From Octopus sinensis (Eukaryota), in contig NC_043008.1 in assembly GCF_006345805.1 (NCBI RefSeq), forward strand, positions 15,376,001-15,440,000: DNA of 64,000 nucleotides, in the 5' to 3' direction. Below are positions 1 to 10,785 of the stretch, one piece after another; the first letter of the stretch is position 1; each line of letters begins with the position of its first letter. Below the pieces are notes generated by a model, which saw nothing but the letters and a program-made list of their open reading frames with translations, ran no database searches and had not been told where the DNA came from. The position numbers and the translations under genes are program-made.

Positions 1-37
1 CTGCCGCGTTTTATCTACAATTGCAACACCTTCAACA

Positions 38-402
38 GGAAGCGCAATGGCCCAGTGGTTAGAGCAGCGGACTCGCGGTCGGAGGATCGCGGTTTCGATT
101 CCCAGACCGGGCGTTGTGTGTGTTTATTGAGCGAAAATACCTAAAGCTCCACGAGGCTCCGGCAGGGGGTGGTGGCGAACCCTGTTGTACTCTTTCACCC
201 CAATTTTCTCTCACTCTTTCTTCCTGTTTCTTGTCCCCGACTTCCTACGCAACCGCTGAGCCAGGATGCGCATTCATCCATCCGTCGATGCTCTAGGTAT
301 CGGGGGTTGAACTGCTTTCCCTTCTGCGGGTCTTACGAATAACAAAGGAGCACGTTTCGGACTTCTCCCACTAGGGACGAAGACCGCTTTGCTCAACAAA
401 CA
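38..402 (+). mobile_element. tRNA-derived SINE (family D), full length
   Basis: Pol III A-box TGGCCCAGTGG (48-58), B-box-like GGTTTCGATTCCC (91-103), (CAAA)n tail, and 13-bp flanking direct repeat AACACCT(T/A)CAACA at 25-37 and 403-415. Confidence 0.85.
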
Positions 403-610
403 AACACCTACAACACTATTATCGGACGACGAAAAAAAAATCAAAGACAAAAACGAAAAGTTTTAGTATATGGAGGTCCTAGTAGAAGACATTGCAGCAA
501 GACCTTCTGGTCACTTGTAAGATGATTTCAACTAACCAGCTCAGTCAGTACGGTTGCCACTTAAAATTATCGTTTGGTGTTAGTTCCGTCTTTATCCTCC
601 CTACATTAAT

Positions 611-1031
611 CTTTTACTTTTTTTACTTGTTTCAATCATTTCACTGCGGTTATGGTGGAGCACCACCTTTTAGTCGAGCAAATCGACTCCAGAACTTATC
701 CTGTGTAAGCCTAGTACTTATTCCATCGGCCTCTTTTTGCCGAACCGCTAAGTTACGGGGACGTAAACACACCAGCATCGGTTGTCAAGCGATGCTGTGT
801 GTGTGTGTGTGGGAGACGAACACAGACACACAAACATATACACACACATATACATACATAAATACATATATACGACGGGCTTCTTTCAGTTTCCGTCTAC
901 CAAATCCACTCACAAGGCCCTTAGTCGGCCCGAGGCAACAGTAAAAGACACTTGCCCAAGGTGCCACACAGTGGGACTGAACCCAGAACCATGTGGTTGG
1001 TAAGCAAGCTACTTACCACACAGCCACTCCT
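611..1031 (-). mobile_element. tRNA-derived SINE, family A (~420 bp, dominant family)
   Basis: Reverse complement of the head-body-tail unit repeated across the window: GGAGTGGCTGTGTGGTAAG head, CTTGGGCAAG segment, internal (TA/TG)n, tail GCTCCAGCATGG...TGAAACAAGTAAAAGA. Confidence 0.9.
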
Positions 1032-1754
1032 GGTCACATTGTGCACAAACCCGATAACACCCCCTTCTCTCTTCATTCTCAGTTCTATCAAGTACGACCA
1101 TAGCTGCCATTTTAGAAACCCTCTTGAATAATTTTAAATCAAAATGGTAACTGTCAAAAAGTAAACTCTAGATTTAGGTTGAATCCATGTTAACCTTTGT
1201 CATCTCGTACTTTCTAATTCAGTTTTTATCCGCCGCTTCTCTGTGACATACAATCTATCGCAATATATATTGAATACAAAATAGTGTCCTCTAATGTTCT
1301 CCTCGCAAAGGACAACCTCTTTGACACGTGAAACTTGCCACCTTTTGATCTCACTTTAGCCCAGCAACAACAGAATATATTCTTAACAATGGCATTACCC
1401 ACCACCGTGAACCTTTGTTAATCATCAATAACTATGAATATTGTATCTGAGAATCAAAGAGAGAAACCTATTGGAAACTTGCTTTTAAGTGTCATTCACC
1501 TTTAATACCATTTGATTGGACCTTCGACAGAACAATATAGTCATTGAACAATGCCCATGGTCGCCAGGAAAACTTCTTAGCTAAGGTGTCTGCTTGTAAT
1601 GTACACATTGTTCATTTATCTCACACAAAATGATAATCTAAAAGAAATTCTCCTACAGAGCATCGTATGAAGCTTATGAGGACAACCTCAGTGGTATTTG
1701 AACTTGGAGTTTAAAAGCCGAAGAAATGGCGCTATTAATAATGAGAATAATAGT

Positions 1755-1968
1755 GATTTCGAAAATTTGGCATATGGCCAGTAATTTCGGTGGAGGGTGA
1801 AAGTCGATTAGATCGACCCTAGTGCATGATTGATACTTGTTATATCGACTACGGAAGGATGCAGGGCAAATTCGACCTCGATGAATATTGAACTCGGAAC
1901 GTAAAGACCAACGAAATGCCGCTAAGCATTTTACTCGGTGTGCTAACGATTTTATCAACTCGTCGCCT
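1755..1968 (-). mobile_element. tRNA-derived SINE, family B, diverged
   Basis: Similar to the AGGCGGCGAGCTGGCAGAA...GAGTTCAAAT...GTCGA...CATCCTT unit seen intact at 26798-27032. Confidence 0.75.
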
Positions 1969-1973
1969 CAACG

Positions 1974-2006
1974 ATGATAATAATAGTAATAATAATAATA
2001 GTGATG

Positions 2007-2060
<54 letters not shown>

Positions 2061-2229
2061 TAATAATAATAATAATAATAAAAATAATAATGATGATAAT
2101 AATAATAATAATGATGATGATGATGATGATAATAATAATAATGATAATAACAATAATGATGATGATGATGATGATGATGATGATAATAATAATAATAATA
2201 ATAACAACAATAACAACAATAATAATAAT
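1974..2229. repeat. compound (AAT)n/(ATG)n microsatellite
   Basis: Directly visible trinucleotide runs; source of the poly-I, poly-N and poly-M ORFs in the track. Confidence 0.95.
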
Positions 2230-2626
2230 CTTTTCTACTCTAAGCACAAAGCCCAACATTTTTGGGGAGGGGGCCAGTCGATGACATCGACCCCATTACA
2301 CAACGGGTACTTTATTTATCGATCCCTAAAGTATGAAACGCAAACTCGACCTCGGCGGAATTTGAACTCCGAACGTAAAGACAGGCGAAATACCTATTTC
2401 TTTACTACCCACAAGGGGCTAAAAACAGAGGGGACAAACAAGGACCGAAAAAGGGATTAGGTCGATTATATCGACCCCATTGCGTAACTGGTCCTTAATT
2501 TATCGACCCCGAAAGAATGAAAGGCAAAGTCGACCTCGGGGAAATTTGAACTCAGAACGTAGCGGCAGACGAAATACGGCTACGCATTACACCCGGCGTG
2601 CTAACATTTCTGTCAGCTCGCCCCTT
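2228..2626 (-). mobile_element. dimeric SINE-B unit
   Basis: Two tandem SINE-B bodies joined at ...GCGAAATAC|CTATTTCTTTACT...; same arrangement at 47592-47998. Confidence 0.8.
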
Positions 2627-3709
2627 TCCTAACAACAACAACAGCAATAATAATAATGATAATAATAATAATAATAATAATGATAATAATAATAATAATA
2701 ATAATATTAATAATAATAAGATATTACAGATATACTAATGCAATATTCTGGGTCTATATAATAAAACTAACTGGCTTCATATAAAATTTACATCTTGCAC
2801 ATGTAATAATATTATAAAATTCTACCAGTTTTCTTCCTATTCTTGTTTAACCCCCAAAATCATCTTGTGTAGAAAAGTTCTACGAGCATGATCATCCAAG
2901 ACATTCCAGTCATGACGATTTACTCTTGTATGAAAAATATAATGTATCTAGGACTACAGGATTCAATGTCTTCCAACATTTTAACACAATGACCGCACAT
3001 AATTAAATGGGGATGTGGGGCCGTGGCTGCTATAATTGCGATTAGACTGATCGTATAGAGATTCTTTACTGGTTTTCAAAGTCGAACTATTTCTTTTAGC
3101 GTTTTAGCCCCAGTGGAATCTTGACTGAACATATATATGATGGAAGCCATTCCTGTATGACCATCTCGTCTTTTTTGCATGTATCCTAGTTTTGAAAACG
3201 GTAGGATTCGATTCTAGGGTATATCACTGTTATTTCTAATATTCTGAAGCGTCTGCGTATATATTTACCAAAGTAATTACTTGTTATGGCACTGAAAGCG
3301 AAGTTATGAATTGATCAGGTCGAAATTGTTCGTCATACAACATCAAAGAGCACGATAAGGACTTCAGACATCCGTATACTTTCCATATGTTTTTCTACAG
3401 CTGACGGATCTAATATTTCTCGGCCATAAATACATTTTTTTAATGTTAAACATCAGTGTAGATAGTATTTAATATGAAATTCTGTGTACACAGGAAACCA
3501 CGACATCGTTTTATTGATGTACTGCAAGAGACAGAGATATGATTTCATTTTTTTTTAATATTGTTAGAGACATGGTACTGACTGTAAAATATTATTTTTT
3601 TATATTTGTATAAGTAACTGAAGTTATATTTCTCGCTATATTGGCTAAATATTTCTTCCTACTCTCTTTTGGTTCCTATACATACACATACGGATAAATC
3701 ATTTTCGTT

Positions 3710-4630
3710 TATCATTTATTCTTTTATGTGTTTCATCCTAAAGCTTGTGTCCATGCTGGAGTAACACCTGTATTATCGCCTTTTCGATGGCCATTCCTAT
3801 TGGGTTGGCTTTTGATGAATAAGGGAGTTTGGTTTTGCTGTTCTCCTAAAAGTCGCTTGCCGTGATAATGATTTATCTGGAGCTTTGAAAGGCAGAAGGT
3901 CAATGTACTTCTTGGAAACATCTTCGGCAACTCCAAGAAGATTTCTCAGGTTGTTTTAGCAAGCTGTAGACTTTTGAATCCACACTAGTGTCTAGTCCTT
4001 ACATTATACAAGATGGATGGGATCCATGGAACAGTGCCGCCGCGTCCTGTTCGGAGGATGGTACCTTTCTCGATGCCAAATTTCGGTACCAGCCCCTCTT
4101 GTTTTTGCGCCCTTTTAAAGCCTAGCAAGGCTCATGCGCCCGGTTTCCCGGTTTCAATGGCGTATGTGTTCCCCAGCTAAACGGGACGCCAATCCATCAC
4201 AGCGTTACTCACTTTTCTCAGCTGAGTGGATTGGAGCAACGTGAAATGAAGCGTTTTGCTCAAGAACACAACGATCCAGGAACCGAAACCACAATCTTAC
4301 GATCATGATGCTGTCACCCTAACCACTAAGCCACGCGTCTCCACACCAGTCCCTCTAGGATCTTCCAAATGCTTATAACTGCATATCTCCCTCGGCTTCT
4401 CTCCAGGGAATACATTCTCAATTCTTTCAGTCTCTCGTAGTAGATCAAGGGATTCATTGATGCATTCCTCTCGTTGTAGCACCGTTGAACGTCCTCGAGC
4501 TCCGCTACTAAAAATCGTGGTGCGACCAGAGTTGAGTGCATGAGTCCAGACAGATGAGGATAAATGTCCTTCATAGGACATGCATAGTGTCCTCGTCCCT
4601 TGTTCTGGAAATTCTCAGAACCATTTACTC
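3710..4630 (-). mobile_element. decayed CR1-like LINE 3' fragment (RT C-terminus and tail), split by a SINE
   Basis: Minus-strand peptides VLRISRTRDEDTM..CTQLWS..AELEDVQRCY..YYERLKELRMYSLERSRGRYAVISIWKILEGLV continue after the SINE as EGLVPKFGIE..RTGR..LRNLLGVAEDV..NSLIHQ, typical of CR1/L2-group ORF2 C-termini. Stops and frameshifts present. Confidence 0.75.
4100..4344 (-). mobile_element. tRNA-derived SINE, family C, nested in the CR1-like LINE
   Basis: Minus-strand A-box TGGCTTAGTGG and B-box-like GGTTTCGGTTCC; 12-bp TSD ACCAG(C/T)CCCTCT at 4088-4099 and 4345-4356. Confidence 0.85.
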
Positions 4631-4702
4631 TGGATTACGTTTCGAAACAGTAAAAATCTCACAATTGAATGCAGGCGGTAGAGAGCGAACGAGTGAGCAA
4701 GA

Positions 4703-4706
<4 letters not shown>

Positions 4707-4751
<45 letters not shown>

Positions 4752-4830
4752 AAGAGAGAGAGAAAGAGAGAGAGATAGAAAGAGAAAGAGAAAGAGAGAC
4801 AGAGAGGTAGAAAAAAAGACTGAAAAAGAG
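4707..4830. repeat. (AG)n purine microsatellite
   Basis: Visible AG run; explains the ERERER ORFs. Confidence 0.9.
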
Positions 4831-5981
4831 ACAGAGAATGAGAGAGTGTTGCTAGGAAAGAAAATGAAAATATTGAGTAAAATATTTACAAATGTTCACA
4901 GAATGGAGAAATTTGTTGAAGGAAAAAAGAAAGAGGATAAAAGTGATTGAAACAGACAAAGACATAAGAATATAGAAAAATTAATAGAAATAGAGGACGT
5001 CAAAATGAAGAGAAAGAGCGCGAGAGAGAGAGAGAGAATGAACGTTGCTAGGAAACAATTGTAAAGAAAAAAATCTACAAGTGTACGAAGTTTTTAAAAA
5101 AGCATGTCGGAACGGAATTGTGTTTACTGATGCTGAAATTTTCAATAACATAAGAAACTTAAAAACCACAGTTTTCTAAAAAAATTTAAATATAAATTGG
5201 AAATATTAAGAATTTTATAGACAAAGAGGACCCTAATAATTACTTGCTTTTATAAACGCTACGTAATTCGAACTAATCTATAAACGACTTTCTCCATTAT
5301 AGTAAAGGTACAGTGTTAGAGTCAAGGGAAGATGCCATTAGATAGATTACAGTAACTTTGCCTTTCGTATTCCAAAATTCACCAAGAAAATGTCTCTGTG
5401 ATCATTTATCGTAAGAGTCATTTCTTATGTCTTAGAGTCTGAATGTGGTATTTTATAAATGCACCAACCTATTTCGCAATTTTTTTCTGGATATAAAATT
5501 TTATTCCAAAGTCGTTGATTGAGCTATTTTTCAATTTCTTTTTTAGGTATATGATAACACGATTTGGATTTAAGTTAACTATATGAATAAAGAACAACTA
5601 TATGAAATAGTCACGACTATATGAATAAATCACGATATCAGGTTCTGAAGGACTTTTCCCTTGACCCATGCTAGTTTACATATCTGTTATGATTTGCGTT
5701 TCACTTACGTATTTGAATGAGTAGGAGAGTGTTGAATTTAGACTGTTTGAGTGACGAATTTCTTTGAAGTTTTGGAAGTGGCGAGAGATTTGTGAGGCTA
5801 TGACGTCTAAGCAGAGGTGTTTCACGGTTACACTATTTTTGTTTTATTATGAATATTAAGACACTTATGTTCTAGGGGAAAAGAGCTGGGCACTTCATCT
5901 ATTTATATGTAGTTTCATTCTTACATGAGGGATCATTGTATAACATAATTTTTTCTATTCCTAGATCTAGTGTTTCTTTAA

Positions 5982-6498
5982 CCCCTTGACAACGGTCGAC
6001 GCAAATATGCGATCACATTTTAGCTTGCCTATCCGCGGTTAACGTAAATATATGACGTAGAACTGCTCTTCATCTATCACGGACTTTTTAGCGGCTGACG
6101 TATGTTTACGTTCGCTGTCGTGTGCTTTATCTCTTGAGGTGCGCGCACTCGCCGTCCCGTGCATTATCTTAGCAATTTTAAGGTTACGTTCAAGTCATGA
6201 GACTAGCAAGAGACCAATGACATGCGGATACTTTACATGCATAATACCGTGTTTTGAGTTGTACCACATGCAAGCTATTTTCTGAACTTCAGCAGAGTAA
6301 CTCTTGCATATCATATTATGATAAAAAGCTTCACATAGTTCGTTTTCATAAACCGGTAGACGTAAATGTACGACGCTATGTTATTGTAACGGTGAACGTA
6401 AATAGATGTGAGCTCGTTGGCACGTTTGTGTGGCCTCATTAGATTAAAAAAACCGGAGCAGTGTCTCGCATGCTTCGAGTAATACCGGCGTCAAGGGG
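5982..6498. mobile_element. piggyBac-type MITE
   Basis: TTAA on both sides (5978-5981, 6499-6502); TIR CCCCTTGAC..CGGT / ACCG..GTCAAGGGG; no coding capacity. Confidence 0.8.
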
Positions 6499-7737
6499 TT
6501 AAGGCGTATATTTAATGTAATTCAGTATTTTCTGAAATCCACTTAATGTTAATGTAATATGGTTGGGTATTTATCTCTCAGGCTATACATTCAATAATTT
6601 CTGTCTGACATTGTTTACTAAGGCTTTTATGGTTTGGTTGTGTGGATAACCAATGAAATATTTGCATATGTATACTGATTATTGTTTGGTTTTTGTTAGT
6701 GGCAATATTTATCAGTGTTCAACAAGTCGAACCGAACGCCAAGGAAATTAAACGAACGGTTTTTGAATATAATAATGAAATGCAATAATTGAGAAACTTG
6801 TAAGTAACTTAAAGTTGTCTGTACAAAATCTTTTCCGGCTATTACTTGTAAATTGATGAGATGTTCCTGATAAACTTTTATACTATAAAATATACAAAGA
6901 ACATTCTTAAATATTTTTGTTTCAATAGAATAATGCGATTTGAGAATCATGAGAACACGGGAATTCTAAACATGCATGTTTTATAACTATGCAAGACGAC
7001 CTAGGTACAGGTCTCTTTTGAAATTTAACGATTGTTTCAAGTTTTTCTATTTTTGTTTACTAATTATGATACAGCACTTCGGAATTTTAAAGTCAAATCA
7101 TTTACATTTCACATGGAAATACATTGAACTTATTGTGCACGTTGGTGACTTCTAACTCTCAGTACACCTGTAAAACATTTGGGATTATATATGCTTGATG
7201 TGTTCACAATAAATAAAGGTATATCATAGTGGCTTGCTGTGTTATATTTACATTTTTCCGGAGGCTATGAAACAAGTAATGGATATCGCTAATGCTGTTA
7301 TCATTTAACACAAGAGAATATATATTTTTTCTTAAAAAAGAGAATAATTATCTAACAAGCAAGCAATGGTTAATATACACTTTTGTCTTTGCACAAACAA
7401 GAATATCAGAAATATAATCAGGGATTAGAGTCGAATGAATATTTTTTGGTACACAAGGAGGGAACCTGCGTTCTCTTGCAGAAAACTAAATATCTAAAAA
7501 AAGAAGCGCAGAATTCCTATCGTTAATGCACGTGTTGACTTTGAAGAGTAATAAATATTAGAGGAATAATACAATTATAGACGCATAGCTTTTAAGTATT
7601 TAGTTATATTTATTCATGCTACGAGTACGAATCCTGGCGGTTTTGCGGTTTACCTTTCATCACGCCAGCATCAATTAAATTAGTATCATTAATGAGTGCA
7701 GAGCACTCGCAATAAGCTGCGCTGTTTTACTGACGTT

Positions 7738-7774
<37 letters not shown>

Positions 7775-7856
7775 CATATACATACGTGCATACATACATA
7801 AATAAATATGTATGTATCTATGTATACATGCATGCATTTATGTATGTATATATATA

Positions 7857-7906
<50 letters not shown>

Positions 7907-8111
7907 GTGTGTGTGTATTCAGTGTGAATTAGAATGCGGAGGTAATTTTTTAACATGAAAGAAGACAGAAAGGCTGAATGAATCAACGAATACAAAGAAA
8001 TGAAATTATTAAATAAAAATCGATGAGAGTACAACGTTGGGGCATCATTGTTTATGGCTGACGTTTATTGTGTATGCGTTGATATTTACATACACACACA
8101 CACACAGACAT

Positions 8112-8145
<34 letters not shown>

Positions 8146-8260
8146 GTATCAGAAATAATTGAGGTTCAGTTGAATTACGTCCTTAAGTTGAAGCACTAAG
8201 TCAGTTCGGTATTATCGGCACAGTTCGAAGTAAGGTGAAATCTAAACAAGCAGCAGACAG

Positions 8261-8572
8261 CAGGATATCAAGTAGTGATTCAGTACGACCGTTTCACGCG
8301 GCTCTGTTTAAATGAACAATGCAATCATTAAATTTCAGTCATTACATCAATTTAAATGTAGTGTCATCTTCAGCTGCACAAATAAATAAATGGAATTTTA
8401 TCAAATAGGACACATTAGAAAAATTATATTAATGTGTCCTACTTGTTAAAATTCCATTTATTTATTTGTGCAGCTAAATATGGCACCACATTTATATTGA
8501 TGTAATGACTGCGTTGTTGGATGAAATAGAGTCGCTTTAAACGGCCGTACTGCATCACTACTTGATATCCTG
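8261..8572. mobile_element. fold-back (hairpin) MITE-like element
   Basis: CAGGATATCAAGTAGTGA..CAGTACG.CCGTTT... at the left end is the reverse complement of the right end; arms ~140 bp around a short AGAAAAATTATATT spacer. Partial copy at 21209-21316. Confidence 0.8.
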
Positions 8573-8963
8573 ATGCTTATTTTGATATATATATATATAT
8601 ATATATATACATACAATTCATTTAATCAGTAGATTTCTCAACACTGGAACACTACATAAAAATATACGTAAATATAAATATGTAGGTACAATATAAAATA
8701 TAGAACATAAATATACTCGCATGATATCGTATGAAATGGTATGTCTGTGTTTGGAATCAATGAGAAAACTATTACAGTCGATATTGCATTCATCCAAATT
8801 GTCAAATGGACGAAAGGGTGGTTCAAAATGATTTAAAAAGGAATCTATGGATAAATCCAGTGTGAGTTCAATTTCTCATGGCCGTTTGAAGAACATGTAG
8901 TATGACATGGGCGAATCATTTCTATCTTTCTCAGTTATCCACGTTTCTTTATTGAGAGATGAC

Positions 8964-9026
<63 letters not shown>

Positions 9027-9028
<2 letters not shown>

Positions 9029-9166
9029 TTCAAATTTTGGTATAAAATCAACAATTTAGGGGAAGGAATAAGACCCGAAGGCTCGACTAGCCCTTCTATT
9101 TTTCAATCGGGCGAAAATGTATGAAAGGTACAGTCGACATCGGCAGATTTTCAACTCAGAACGTAA
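9027..9166 (-). mobile_element. degenerate SINE-B fragment
   Basis: TGAAAGGTACAGTCGACATCGGCAGATTTTCAACTCAGAACGT resembles the SINE-B minus-strand body. Confidence 0.55.
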
Positions 9167-10785
9167 CCTCTGTTTGACTTTCTTCTCTTTTTCCCTACCG
9201 ACTATTATATAAAACATAGATAACTTAGGTAGATTTCGGCCAGTATAGTCCCAGCCATGTCTAACGTAAAAGCGCCACCTAGTGAACTCTTTTACACCGT
9301 GATTTATAGTTCAGGCATATATGGGATACCATGGCCTACACTAACAAAGAGGTGTTATTGTTGGAGAAATATCCGGATATAGAAGGTTAGTCCGTGATTT
9401 TTTGGAGAAATTTGTCCAGAAAACTTTCAAATTTTATGGGATGTTTTCGCTTGGTTTATTTTGGTATAATATTAAAGAGATTTGGACTGGTTGAGATAAA
9501 ATAGTTATGTCGTAACGTTGTGTCTTGAGTTCGACTTTTGTAGTCTGTATGAAATCTTATTTGGTGGGTCACTGCGACATTGTGTCTTTGTTTATCACAC
9601 TCATTGCATCACAACTGGTGTTGATTTCTTTACATTTACATATTTTACTGCTTAGCTAAAAAGAGACCGATGAAATATGTACTCGACTACTGAGAAAGTA
9701 TTGCGGCGATTTTCTCAACAGAAGTTTTTGAGGGCGGCGCCCCTTGACCGCTTTATAATGAGTGAAAAATCTAAAGATAAAGTGTATAAAAAATATCCTC
9801 AGTATGTCATTCCAACTCACTTTAGAAAATAAGAGTAAGTGAAGGAAGATCTAAATTATATTCAGTAGTGTAGATACACTGTACAATGTATATATGTAAT
9901 GTTTGAAATGTATATTATGTATGTCATATGGTGTAATATAAGTATGTAGATCTCAATCGAGAAAAACTGTAATACATTTTATATGTGAACCCACTTATTT
10001 TAATCATGGCATATATATGCAGATACCAAATATTGAATAAAATATGTATATTGCAATATATGTTTTTGTCACTATAATCAAATCATAAAGAAATCATGCT
10101 ATGATTATATCTATATTGCATACGAATGGAATGCATACTACATGAATATTTACATGAATGCATGGTACCTGAATATTTACAAACAATATTTTTTCGAGAA
10201 ATGAATCTCTGATCTGAAATTCACCTGGTAATATATGATGTACTGTGACAATCCAACAGGACTTACTTAAGTAAACTTTATAAATTATATGCACAAAACA
10301 GGCTTTTAAAGAAGTTCATTATATGCATTTGGTTTGCGAAATAAAATACTGGCGGAAAGTGCCGCCGATTTTTGACTACTCCTCATAGAAGGCATGCACG
10401 ATTTGCTTCTATAACGAATTGTATAGAATATGCAGTTGCTCTATAAAGCACTCATTAATGTGGTTATAACCACGGGAAATAGCTAGATATGAAAATTTCT
10501 GCTTTTAAAAGCGCCTCATTAATGCAAAAGGCGGCGGGAAAAATTCAGGAAAGATTTTAAAGATACTTCGATTCCAATAATTATATTTTTGACAGCCAAT
10601 TAAAATCTCATAACTAATTCACAGCTTATACGTTTCCTAACACAAAAAAGCTTATGCATTTCACAAAACAACCAAAATCCTATGTACTAAAATATACTGA
10701 CTTAGAAAACTTAATGCTGGAAGAAATATCTCTAAACATATTGTTTGTGTTCTTTATAATTATAAGTAAATCTATCTATCTATCT

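Noticed and set aside
38-110. Possible tRNA gene
   Set aside because: Has A and B boxes but no clean acceptor stem. It continues into a ~290-bp body with a simple-repeat tail and TSD, so it is a SINE head.
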